Shown here piece by piece: positions 20,170 to 29,573 of a stretch of DNA of 64,000 bases. Under the pieces are notes generated by a model. That model did not search any database. It worked only from the letters and a program-made list of their open reading frames with translations, and was not told the DNA's origin. A program made the position numbers and the translations under genes. How positions within the stretch are numbered: position 1 is the stretch's first letter; each line of letters begins with the position of its first letter. Source of the stretch: Akkermansiaceae bacterium (GTDB taxonomy: Bacteria; Verrucomicrobiota; Verrucomicrobiia; Verrucomicrobiales; Akkermansiaceae); assembly GCA_051251915.1 (NCBI GenBank), contig JBPOGF010000009.1, forward strand, positions 1 to 64,000, read 5' to 3'.

Positions 20170-20575
20170 ACACAGTCACCACAATCTCCCGTTGATGCCT
20201 CGCCCGCCTATGCTCAAACAAAAACACCCCCTGCCAAGTCCCCAACAACATCCGCCCATCCCGCACCGGCACCGTCTCACTACTTCGAGTCAGCACCATT
20301 CTGATGTGCGACGGCATATCATCTACCCCCTCGTAAGTATGCACAAAATAAGGCAAATCTTCAGGAACCAGCCTATCAAAATAAGCCTCCAGATCCCTGC
20401 ACGCCGTAGGATCAGCATTCTCCATCATCACCAAACTCGAACTCGTATGCCGATTAAAAATATTCACCATGCCCTGCTCCACACCACTCTCCGCCACCAG
20501 ACGCCCCACCTCCCCAGTCAACTCATACACACCCTTTCCTTGGGTATTCACCGTGATGCTCTTCATGAAAATCAT
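20162..20575 (-). CDS. YjbQ/UPF0047 family protein
   Basis: Contains HTSSSL..ENADP, HTYEG.DDMPSHIR and LGTWQGVFLFEHR. Confidence 0.92.
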   Translation of the reverse strand: MIFMKSITVNTQGKGVYELTGEVGRLVAESGVEQGMVNIFNRHTSSSLVMMENADPTACRDLEAYFDRLVPEDLPYFVHTYEGVDDMPSHIRMVLTRSSETVPVRDGRMLLGTWQGVFLFEHRRARHQREIVVTVYG

Positions 20576-20810
20576 TAGCTCAACACTATAAACCAGATCA
20601 CCCAGTGTCCAACCTTTTCATACATTACTTCAGATAAATTAACCATAATGCTAGTTTTTTTTTACACAATCACCAAAATCATGCCTCCCAACCCAAACCC
20701 TTACTAAGTTATAAGAAAAAAGAGCATTTAAAGCTTGTTGACCCACCCCTAAATATAATAATTTTTAAGGTTCGACTAAATAAGAATAGCAATTCCTAAC
20801 ATTTTATGAT

Positions 20811-21122
20811 ATGCTTCACGACGTTATGGCAACTACGAAAAGAACACGTTTCTCACGTCGCGTCCCAGATCACGTGACTGATGAGATCGTTCACGTATTA
20901 GGAGACGACGATAATTTCTTCGGATTCAACGACCTCTTTGAATTAGTATTCGAGAGACTCAAAGAACGCAACGCAGTAAGCGGTGGCGAAGAAATGCTAC
21001 GTCTCAGGGCATATGAGAAATTACAAAACCTCGTCACTCGTGGCATGGTAGAAAAGCAAGGCAAAGAATACAAAGGCCTAGCCAGACTCCCAGAAGCTCA
21101 CAGCACATTCGAGGCTGAATAA
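20811..21122 (+). CDS. Small basic hypothetical protein, possible winged-helix DNA-binding protein
   Basis: Good codon usage; Arg-rich N-terminus; helix-helix-wing pattern (GGEEMLRLRAYEKLQNLV.RG.VEK.GK.Y); start may be 20826. Confidence 0.7.
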   Translation: MLHDVMATTKRTRFSRRVPDHVTDEIVHVLGDDDNFFGFNDLFELVFERLKERNAVSGGEEMLRLRAYEKLQNLVTRGMVEKQGKEYKGLARLPEAHSTFEAE

Positions 21123-21172
21123 TTCATATTCCGCATTTTATGCTGGATATGACATACATCTAACCTTAAACA

Positions 21173-21211
21173 TTAGCCCGTGCCGCACACAGCAGCACGG
21201 GCTAAATTTTT
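21173..21211 (+). terminator. Intrinsic terminator
   Basis: TTAGCCCGTGC...GCACGGGCTAA stem followed by a T-run. Confidence 0.7.
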
Positions 21212-21254
21212 ATATTTTAAACAGCCCTCCACCATCATTTTACCCACCAACACA

Positions 21255-21626
21255 ATGCTAGAACAATACTTACCCGTAGTCTTCCAGACACTCATCGCCA
21301 TCGGATTTGCAGCCATTGCACTTGGACTCAGCGTCCTACTTGGCAAAAAAGGCCGCACAGGCGGAGCAAAAGACACCGTCTACGAGTGCGGAATGCTCCC
21401 CGTAGGCGACGGCTCACCAAGATTCTCTGTCAAATTCTACTTAGTAGCCATGCTCTTCGTCCTCTTCGACATCGAAGTCGTATTCATGTATCCGTGGGCA
21501 CTCCAGTTCAAAGAACTCATCGCTATCAACGCCAATGCCCTCTGGTCCATATTCGGATTCGTCGGCATCCTCACAGTAGCCTACATTTACGCCCTCCGCA
21601 AAGGAGCCCTCAGCTGGAATAGCTAA
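21255..21626 (+). CDS. nuoA: NADH-quinone oxidoreductase subunit A
   Basis: Contains YECGM, RFSVKFYLVAMLFVLFDIEVVFMYPW and RKGALSW. Confidence 0.95.
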   Translation: MLEQYLPVVFQTLIAIGFAAIALGLSVLLGKKGRTGGAKDTVYECGMLPVGDGSPRFSVKFYLVAMLFVLFDIEVVFMYPWALQFKELIAINANALWSIFGFVGILTVAYIYALRKGALSWNS

Positions 21627-21678
21627 TTTCCAGCCTCCCCACCCTGCACTGACCTACCTCGCTACCTACAAAACAACC

Positions 21679-22008
21679 ATGAAGAAAAATTTCACCACCC
21701 TACTTCTTACACTCATCTCCGCATTCGCATTCACCTCATGCGGAGACTCAGAAGAAGCCGTAGTTGATGACCTGATCAGCCTCATGGAAGAATCTATCCC
21801 TGCAGTCACATCTGGAGACAAAGACGCCCTAGCCAAACTTGAAGAAAAAGCAGAGAAGATCAGAGCAAGAGCAAAAGCCCTAGGTTTCGACGCAGATAAT
21901 CCATCTACAATGCCAGAAGAACTCAAGAAAAAATATGATGCAGCTGTCGCCAAAACGTTCACAGACATAATGGATCATGCTCTCAAAGGTACCGACACAG
22001 AAAAGTAA
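21679..22008 (+). CDS. Hypothetical lipoprotein
   Basis: Lipobox FTSC after a hydrophobic signal; helical body. Confidence 0.75.
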   Translation: MKKNFTTLLLTLISAFAFTSCGDSEEAVVDDLISLMEESIPAVTSGDKDALAKLEEKAEKIRARAKALGFDADNPSTMPEELKKKYDAAVAKTFTDIMDHALKGTDTEK

Positions 22009-22035
22009 ATCATAGAAAACTTACCCCCTTTTTAC

Positions 22036-22064
22036 AGCCTTCACCTCACAGTGAAGGCTTTTTT
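22036..22064 (+). terminator. Intrinsic terminator
   Basis: AGCCTTCAC-6nt-GTGAAGGCT followed by TTTTT. Confidence 0.8.
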
Positions 22065-22172
22065 GTTCTATAATGTCAAAAAAGTCACTCATAACCCAAT
22101 ATAAGGCAAAAAACTTCACCTCCCGCGCAAAAACAACTTCACCCTCGCTAAAATCTCATCCATACTCAGCCC

Positions 22173-24941
22173 GTGAACACTACTCAATCTGAAATCAATC
22201 CCGTCCGTGAAAACCTACGTCAAGAAGGCTTTACCCTCATTGACCAAACACTCACCTTTCTTATCGATTCACTATCAGACGCCCTCACCTCACTGGGTGA
22301 AGACGAGCTTATCCCCTTTCTCCCATGGAGAAACGTCACACCTGAGTCAGCCCCACCAGAAGGCACTCAGCAACTCTACTCCATCGGCTTCCAGCTACTT
22401 AACATGGTAGAAGAACGCGTCTCCGCAGCCATCCGCCGCGAGCGCGAAAACGAAATCGGAGCAGAATCCATCCGTGGACTCTGGGCCCGCACACTCAAAG
22501 ACATGAAGGACCTAGGACTTGATGAAGATCAAATCCTAGACGTACTCAAAGACGTCCACGTAGAACCAGTCCTCACCGCGCACCCTACAGAAGCCAAGCG
22601 CGCCACAGTCCGTGAGCGCCACCGCGCCATCTACGAAGAACTAGCCAAAAGCGAGCACCACAAATACACCGACCGTGAGCGCCGCCGCATCAAAGCAAAC
22701 ATCTCAGCATCAATGGAAACACTCTGGCGCACCGGAGAAATCCACATGACCCGCCCAGACCTCAAGCAAGAACTACGCAACGCACTCTACTACCTACGTG
22801 AAGTCTACCCAAAAGTCCTCAACAGACTAGACACACACTTCGTAGAAGCTTGGAGAGACGCAGGCTTCTCAGTAGACAAACTCCGCAACTCCAACAAACA
22901 CCCAAAAGTCACATTCGGCACCTGGATCGGCGGAGACCGTGACGGACACCCACTCGTCACCCCTGAAGTCACTTTTGACACCCTCGCAGACCTTCGCTAT
23001 CACGCCATCGTCCTCATGCGCAAGGAACTAAAAGACCTCGCCTTTCACCTCACCATCTCCAAGCAGTTTCAAGAAATCCCAGAAGCACTCACCGAGCGCA
23101 TCCAAGAACTATCCCACCAACTCCAAAACCCATCCTACGCAGCAGACATCCTACACCAAAACCGCGAAGAACCATGGAGACAACTCGTCTACCTCATGCG
23201 CGGAATGCTCTTCGACACAGCAAAAGGAGAAGGCCACGGATACCAGCACCCAGATGAACTAGACGCAGATCTCGCCCTTATCGAGCAAACCCTCCTCAGC
23301 ACCGGCTGCCTCCACCTCATCAAACTCCACATCACACCGCTACGTCACAAGCTCAGCATCTTCGGCTTCCACCTAGCCACCATAGACATCCGTCAGAACT
23401 CAGAGCATCATGACAAAGCAGTCTCACAGCTACTCGTAGCCGCAGGCATCCCAGACGGAGAAAATTTCGAAACTTGGACGGAAGAAAAACGCTGTGAATT
23501 CCTCAGCGCAGAACTCCTCTCCGCCAGACCATTCCTTCACGACACCGCATCCGCAGGCGCAGAAGCAGACTCAGTCCTGGACTCATACCGCGTCATCGCA
23601 GACCAGATAGACAACTTCGGAATGGGCGGCATCGGCGCATTCATCGTCTCCATGACACGCTCCGTCTCTGACCTCCTCGTAGTCTACCTACTCCAGCGTG
23701 AAGCCGGCATTCTCGTACAGACTGAAGATGGCCTAGCATCCCCCATCGAAGTAGTCCCTCTCTACGAGACCAAAGATGACCTAGACTCATCACAAGACCT
23801 ACTCTCAGGATTCTTAGACCACCCAGTCACCCAACGCAGCCTCAAGCTCCGTTACCCAGAAGGAGACCCCTTCCAACAAGTCATGCTCGGCTACTCAGAC
23901 TCCAACAAAGACTGCGGCATCCTCTCCGCCCAGTGGTCACTCTACCGCGCAGAAAAAGCCATGGTAGAAACAGCCGCCAAGAGAGACATCCGCCTAGGAT
24001 ACTTCCACGGCAGAGGAGGCACCATCTCACGAGGTGCAGGCCCCACACAATGGTTTATGGAAGCACTCCCACACGGCTCACTCAGCGGACACTTCCGCAT
24101 GACAGAACAAGGAGAAACCATCGCCCAGAAATACGCCAACCTCTCCAACGCCACCTACAACATCGAGCTACTCATCGCCTGCGCCGCATCCACCGCAGCC
24201 AAGCACAAGCACGCTCCAGCACCTGTCGACCCATGTATCCAATACATGCCCTCACTCTCAGAAGGCTCAGAAAAAGCCTACCAAGCACTCCTCAAAACAG
24301 AAGGATTTATCCCCTTCTACCGTGAAGCCACCATCATCGATGCACTAGAAAACTCCCGCATCGGCTCACGCCCAGCACGCCGCACAGGCAAAAAAGAATT
24401 CTCACTAAATGACCTCCGCGCCATCCCCTGGGTATTCTCATGGACACAAGCACGCTTCTACCTCACAGGATGGTTCGGAGTTGGCTCAGCACTTAATGCC
24501 ATGAAGCAAAACAACCCCGCTGACTACCAAGCTATCAAAGACGGCCTAAAGGAATCCAAATTCCTCCAATACGCCCTCACCAGCGTCGAGACAAACCTCG
24601 CCAGCGCCAACCGCGAACTCATGATCAGCTACGGAGAACTCTGCACAAACCCAGAACTAAAAGACCGCTTCATGGGAATCATCCTCGCAGAATTTGACCT
24701 CACCAAAGAACTACTCAGCGACATCTTCAACGGCGGATTCGAAGAACGTCGCCCTCGTATGAGCAAGACACTCACCATCCGTGAAGACCCTCTCAAAGTA
24801 CTCCACCTCCAGCAAGTAGAACTCATCAAAGAATGGCGCGCACTCAAAGCAGAAGGAAAAGAAGAAGAAGCAGAAACCCTCTTCCCTAAAATCCTCCTCA
24901 GCATCAACGCCATCTCATCCGGCCTCAGAACCACTGGTTAA
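22173..24941 (+). CDS. ppc: Phosphoenolpyruvate carboxylase
   Basis: Contains VLTAHPTE, GGDRDG, VMLGYSDSNKD, FHGRGG, TEQGE and LRAIPWVFSWTQ. Confidence 0.97.
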   Translation: MNTTQSEINPVRENLRQEGFTLIDQTLTFLIDSLSDALTSLGEDELIPFLPWRNVTPESAPPEGTQQLYSIGFQLLNMVEERVSAAIRRERENEIGAESIRGLWARTLKDMKDLGLDEDQILDVLKDVHVEPVLTAHPTEAKRATVRERHRAIYEELAKSEHHKYTDRERRRIKANISASMETLWRTGEIHMTRPDLKQELRNALYYLREVYPKVLNRLDTHFVEAWRDAGFSVDKLRNSNKHPKVTFGTWIGGDRDGHPLVTPEVTFDTLADLRYHAIVLMRKELKDLAFHLTISKQFQEIPEALTERIQELSHQLQNPSYAADILHQNREEPWRQLVYLMRGMLFDTAKGEGHGYQHPDELDADLALIEQTLLSTGCLHLIKLHITPLRHKLSIFGFHLATIDIRQNSEHHDKAVSQLLVAAGIPDGENFETWTEEKRCEFLSAELLSARPFLHDTASAGAEADSVLDSYRVIADQIDNFGMGGIGAFIVSMTRSVSDLLVVYLLQREAGILVQTEDGLASPIEVVPLYETKDDLDSSQDLLSGFLDHPVTQRSLKLRYPEGDPFQQVMLGYSDSNKDCGILSAQWSLYRAEKAMVETAAKRDIRLGYFHGRGGTISRGAGPTQWFMEALPHGSLSGHFRMTEQGETIAQKYANLSNATYNIELLIACAASTAAKHKHAPAPVDPCIQYMPSLSEGSEKAYQALLKTEGFIPFYREATIIDALENSRIGSRPARRTGKKEFSLNDLRAIPWVFSWTQARFYLTGWFGVGSALNAMKQNNPADYQAIKDGLKESKFLQYALTSVETNLASANRELMISYGELCTNPELKDRFMGIILAEFDLTKELLSDIFNGGFEERRPRMSKTLTIREDPLKVLHLQQVELIKEWRALKAEGKEEEAETLFPKILLSINAISSGLRTTG

Positions 24942-24989
24942 GAAGAAAAATTCACATTTAAAGAGTGCTGGGATATTAAATAAACGGCA

Positions 24990-25517
24990 ATGGAAAACAA
25001 TCCCTACGCCACACCCAGCACTCCAAGTGACCAAATGGAGAACATCAGCGAGCTCCCAGAGCTCGCCAATCTCGAAGCCTACCGCATAGGCTACGCCTTC
25101 TTCTGCAAACCAGACTTCCAGTCCCCTCCCATTTGCTACAAGACAGGAAACCCAGTAAACCCGTCACTAGAAAAAACCGCCCTCTTCATAGGCCCCACCA
25201 GCATCGCCCTCTACATCACACACGGTGGGACAAAAGAAATTGACTGGATAAAACTATTCAGATCATTCGCACTCATCCTTTGCGCCATAGCCACCATAGC
25301 AACAGCCGCTTTAATTAGTAGCGCACTCCTCTCCATCCCCCTCATCTTCATCATCCCCTTCCTTTTTAAAGCACCAAGAAATCACGGCATCGAACTCCTC
25401 CTCCTAGACTCCGGCTTCATCAGAGTCCTAGACGCCCACCCAAACTTCCTAAAACGCTTCCCAGACCGCAGAAAAAATAGCCAAAAACAACGCCCTTACC
25501 TCGAAAGATCCCCCTGA
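24990..25517 (+). CDS. Hypothetical membrane protein
   Basis: NPYATP N-terminal motif; two TM segments. Confidence 0.65.
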   Translation: MENNPYATPSTPSDQMENISELPELANLEAYRIGYAFFCKPDFQSPPICYKTGNPVNPSLEKTALFIGPTSIALYITHGGTKEIDWIKLFRSFALILCAIATIATAALISSALLSIPLIFIIPFLFKAPRNHGIELLLLDSGFIRVLDAHPNFLKRFPDRRKNSQKQRPYLERSP

Positions 25518-25954
25518 TACATCACCTTGACCCCCGCATTACGTAATATTTGCGCGCCAAAAAAATGATCATCGAGATGAAATGCCACCAGCGTATACTC
25601 ATCCGGATGAGTCAGCATACTATAAACAAAATCCACATTAGTCTCCCCCGCCTTAAGAATATCCAAACACTTCTCTAAACAAGTCGCCACCTCTCGCAGC
25701 GCCACCACCACCATATTACAAGTAGTATGTGGTATCCCCTTCTCCATAAATAACTGCCCCACTCTCTCAGGATCAGTAACAATAAGTCGCACAATCTGTG
25801 CATCCTTAGCATCCTGCATACTAAGCCCTATCACATCCTCCCCGCTCTTGCGGACAAGCTGCAACAAAGAACTCAAAGAACCCACACGATTCTGCAGCAA
25901 AACAGAAAACTGCTTCACCGGCTGCCCCTCTTTCTTAACCATTACCTCTGCCAT
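25496..25954 (-). CDS. Tandem ACT-domain protein
   Basis: Contains KQFSVLLQNRVGSL, IVRLIVTDP and NVDFVYS, typical of the double-ACT family. Confidence 0.85.
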   Translation of the reverse strand: MAEVMVKKEGQPVKQFSVLLQNRVGSLSSLLQLVRKSGEDVIGLSMQDAKDAQIVRLIVTDPERVGQLFMEKGIPHTTCNMVVVALREVATCLEKCLDILKAGETNVDFVYSMLTHPDEYTLVAFHLDDHFFGAQILRNAGVKVMYQGDLSR

Positions 25955-25968
25955 AAATTCATTAAATT

Positions 25969-27510
25969 CTATTTCTTTACCCCCATAAGCGGAAGTAACG
26001 AAAGCTCACCAGAAGCAATGTTCTCAATGATCACCTCCTCATCATTCACATCCATCACCTTGTAGGCTGTCCCCTTCAAATCGTAAAATTCATCATTACG
26101 CTCCACCACCAAAAGCTCACCAGTATCATTAATTTTTAATACCGCTACCGCCTCCGCAGCCTGAGACTCATACCCCGCATATAGTTCACGTAGTTGACCA
26201 GTCTTCTCATCCTCTATCATCAGAGTCACGAGCTCCTTATCATGTCCGCCGGTGAGCTTATTGTTTACCATCTTCTTCTTGATCTGCTTCACTCGCAAAC
26301 CAGTCATCCCTATCTTGCTACCAGTCGTCACAACAGGATCAACCTCACGCGAGTCTTCATTTTCTCTCAAATCATAGATTTCCACTCTCCCGGCATCATC
26401 AGCCCTCACTTTGATAGGCAATGATTTCTCAGCATACGCCGCCATCGTCACATTCTCTTGCACCGCCCCACTATTAGCCAACTCTAGAGGTAAGTTTTCC
26501 CCCTGAATACGCTTCACCACCACTTCTTGTGTTGGCTTTACTAATGCAGGTTCCACAGCGGGCTCATCAGATGAAACCACCTCATCACTAGCTATCACCT
26601 CAGGAGGCATCGCACGCTCCATTGCTTTTTGCACAAGCGCTTCAAGCTCTTCCTCACTCCACTCCAATGCCAGAGGAACCTCTTCTGCATCCGTTTCAGA
26701 ATCTAACAGAACAGACAAAACCCTCTCATTTCCTCCCGCAAAATCTTTAGCAAGTCTACCATCATCTGACACCGCATACAGGTTAGCGCCTTCCTTCAAT
26801 AAAGCTTCAGCCACTTTCTCATTCCCCCGCTCAGCCGCTATCATCAAACTAGTCTTACCACTATTCCGCGCATACACAGACGCTCCATACTTTACCAGCA
26901 CCGGAATCGTTTCATACTTATTCATGTCCGCAGCATAAAGCAAACCAGTATCTAATAGCTCTCTACTCTCCGGCGCTAATAGATTAATAGCCTCAGATGA
27001 TAAACTATCCATCGCATGAATCAGAGCAAATTTCCCTATCTCATCTTTACGTCTCGCATCAGCTCCTTTCTCTAACAAATAACTGATCACTTCACCTTCC
27101 CCCGCTTTAGCCGCAGCCATCAGAGGAGTTATTCCATCTAGATCTGCATCCTCAATATCAGCTCCATTCTGAACAAGGGAATTTAATGCTCTAACAGATC
27201 CTGACTCAGCCGCCGCATAGACACCAGATCGTCCTCTCAGATCCTTCTGATTCAGATCAAATTTCCGCCCCTCAAAAATCTTCAATGCCTGAAGATCATC
27301 ATTCGCTATCGCCTTAAAAAAACCTGTCTGATCCAGATCATACCCCACGAGCTTCAAATTAGTCTCATCCTCCTGCGCTTGGCTTTTCCTTCCACAGCTA
27401 GTTACCCCAACAACACCAAATGCCAGCACCGCCGCTGACGCCATACCTACATATCTAGAAACACCTCGCTGTGCCCCATTATATTTACTTAAGGGAGATT
27501 TATTTTTCAT
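25969..27510 (-). CDS. Ankyrin-repeat lipoprotein with C-terminal beta-rich domain
   Basis: Lipobox VTSC; ankyrin repeats (GITPLMAAAKAG...LLEKGAD; GKTSLMIAAERGN). Confidence 0.85.
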   Translation of the reverse strand: MKNKSPLSKYNGAQRGVSRYVGMASAAVLAFGVVGVTSCGRKSQAQEDETNLKLVGYDLDQTGFFKAIANDDLQALKIFEGRKFDLNQKDLRGRSGVYAAAESGSVRALNSLVQNGADIEDADLDGITPLMAAAKAGEGEVISYLLEKGADARRKDEIGKFALIHAMDSLSSEAINLLAPESRELLDTGLLYAADMNKYETIPVLVKYGASVYARNSGKTSLMIAAERGNEKVAEALLKEGANLYAVSDDGRLAKDFAGGNERVLSVLLDSETDAEEVPLALEWSEEELEALVQKAMERAMPPEVIASDEVVSSDEPAVEPALVKPTQEVVVKRIQGENLPLELANSGAVQENVTMAAYAEKSLPIKVRADDAGRVEIYDLRENEDSREVDPVVTTGSKIGMTGLRVKQIKKKMVNNKLTGGHDKELVTLMIEDEKTGQLRELYAGYESQAAEAVAVLKINDTGELLVVERNDEFYDLKGTAYKVMDVNDEEVIIENIASGELSLLPLMGVKK

Positions 27511-27756
27511 AAATCAATACTACCACGAAGTCACTAACCGTCAACCCTCAATCCACTCATCGCAGAACTCCCTCGATAATCACGGAGAAGTGAAAAACTG
27601 ACTATTCTGCAGACAACTAGATCAGTGTAAAACACCGCATACCTGAAAAAAGATAGACAGCAAACTATGGCTGTTTATTCTCCCCAAAGATGGATTCTTA
27701 GATTTCAGGATAAGGATAAGTTTTCCTAGATCTCTCTACTCAGCTTTTCATCCAAA

Positions 27757-27875
27757 CCCAAAACCCAAAACCCAAAACCCAAAACCCAAAACCCAAAATC
27801 CAAAATCCAAAATCCAAAATCCAAAACCTAACACCCAAAACCTAACACCCAAAACCCAAAACCCAAAACCCAAAA
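27757..27875. repeat. Heptamer tandem repeat, 17 units (CCCAAAA/TCCAAAA/CCTAACA)
   Basis: Read directly: 6 x CCCAAAA, 4 x TCCAAAA, CCTAACA, CCCAAAA, CCTAACA, 4 x CCCAAAA; ends 8 nt before ATG 27884. Confidence 0.97.
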
Positions 27876-27883
27876 CCCACACC

Positions 27884-29488
27884 ATGAATAAATCTCGTCT
27901 TCTCTTTTGGTCCATCACATCCGCACTAGCTGGATTCCTATTTGGCTTTGATACCGTAGTCATCTCTGGCGCGGAAAAACAAATCCAGAACCTCTGGTCA
28001 CTCAGTGGCTCCATGCACGGATGGGCACTAAGCGCAGCACTCTGGGGAACCGTAATCGGTTCATTATTTGGAGGCATTCCTACCGCCAAGTTCGGACGCA
28101 AAAAAACCCTCATCGGCATCGGTATACTTTACTTCATCTCCGCCATTGGCTCAGCTTACGCCAATGATGTCTACTTCTTCATCTTCGCCCGATTCATAGG
28201 TGGACTAGGAGTCGGCGTCTCCACCATAGCCGCTCCTCTATTCATCTCAGAAATTGCCCCAGCTAAAGACCGCGGAAAACTAGCCGGTATGTTCCAATTC
28301 AATATCGTTTTTGGTGTACTCGTCGCATTCCTCTCAAACTACCTCATCAGCAAAGCTATCACCGATGGCTCCGCCTGGCGTTGGATGCTTGGCATAGAAG
28401 CCATCCCTGCACTCATCTACACCCTCCTAGCACTCAAACTCCCCGAATCCCCACGCTGGCTAATCACCCATGCAGGCAAACGCCAACAAGGCGCTGACGT
28501 CTTCCGCAGGATCAACCCAGAAATGCCCGACCAAGAAATCGAAGCCCTCGTCGTTGAAGTAGAACACTCAGCCCAAGCTCCCACAGAAAAATCATCCCGC
28601 CCTAAATTCTGGTCCAAGCGCCTCTCAAAACCCATCCAACTCGCCTTCTTCATCGCTCTATTTAACCAGCTCTCAGGCATCAATGTCATCCTCTATTTCG
28701 CACCACGCCTGTTAGATCTCGCCGGTATCAGTGACGCCCTAGCCGCCGCCATTAGCCTAGGAATCACCAACCTCATCTTCACCTTCGTCGGCCTCTACCT
28801 CATCGATAAATTAGGCCGTAAAACACTACTCTACATCGGCTCATTCGGCTACATCATATCGCTTGGCGTCTGCGCCTCTGCCTTCCTCAGCCTCACCGAA
28901 TTCAAAGTCGTCTCCAGCTCCATCGATGTCATCTCAAGCGCAGACAAAGTCACCCAAGTAGAAAATAAAGAAGGCTACCGAACCGAAGCCGACGACCAAG
29001 CCATCCTCAGCAGCTTCGCCGATGCCCAGAAATCCCTCATCACCTCATCAGAACTAGAAGGCTACAAAGGAGATAAAATCTCCATCCCAGACAATGCCAC
29101 CACAGCCGAAATCAAAACCATCGCCCAAAAAGCCAAAGCAGACTCATCCGCACTACTAGGATCAGCCAGCCTACTCGTCCTACTCTGCATCATCGGCTTC
29201 ATCGCCGCCCACGCCATCGGTCAGGGCGCCGTGATCTGGGTCTATATCTCCGAGATCTTCCCTAATGACCAGCGCGCCACCGGCCAAGCCTTCGGTTGCT
29301 TCACCCACTGGATTCTAGCAGCCACCCTCACCTTCGCATTCCCCATTGCCATCAAGGCATTCGACGCCGGCTACATGTTCGCCTTCTTCGCCTTCATGAT
29401 GGTCCTCCAGCTCATCTGGGTGAAATACAAAGTCGTAGAAACCAAAGGAATATCACTCGAAGAAATAGAGAAAGAACTTGGCACCTAA
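27884..29488 (+). CDS. Sugar porter family MFS transporter
   Basis: Contains GFLFGFDT, GRKK, RG...MFQ, PESPRWL, QLSGIN, SEIFP and ETKG.SLEEI. Confidence 0.95.
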   Translation: MNKSRLLFWSITSALAGFLFGFDTVVISGAEKQIQNLWSLSGSMHGWALSAALWGTVIGSLFGGIPTAKFGRKKTLIGIGILYFISAIGSAYANDVYFFIFARFIGGLGVGVSTIAAPLFISEIAPAKDRGKLAGMFQFNIVFGVLVAFLSNYLISKAITDGSAWRWMLGIEAIPALIYTLLALKLPESPRWLITHAGKRQQGADVFRRINPEMPDQEIEALVVEVEHSAQAPTEKSSRPKFWSKRLSKPIQLAFFIALFNQLSGINVILYFAPRLLDLAGISDALAAAISLGITNLIFTFVGLYLIDKLGRKTLLYIGSFGYIISLGVCASAFLSLTEFKVVSSSIDVISSADKVTQVENKEGYRTEADDQAILSSFADAQKSLITSSELEGYKGDKISIPDNATTAEIKTIAQKAKADSSALLGSASLLVLLCIIGFIAAHAIGQGAVIWVYISEIFPNDQRATGQAFGCFTHWILAATLTFAFPIAIKAFDAGYMFAFFAFMMVLQLIWVKYKVVETKGISLEEIEKELGT

Positions 29489-29573
29489 CTAGAAATAACA
29501 GGGTCAAAATATAGACTAACTACTAATCAGTTTAACACTTTTGACACTTCTAGAAATAAGCTATATTGGTCAT

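Noticed and set aside
16561..22059. Identical AGCCTTCAC/GTGAAGGCT stems in two terminators as a repeat family
   Set aside because: Only 9 bp are shared, loops differ, and both are adequately explained as ordinary intrinsic terminators.
27748..28119. 123-aa minus-strand ORF ending in WVLGFGF repeats
   Set aside because: It is a translation of the heptamer array plus the antisense of the sugar porter; not a credible protein.
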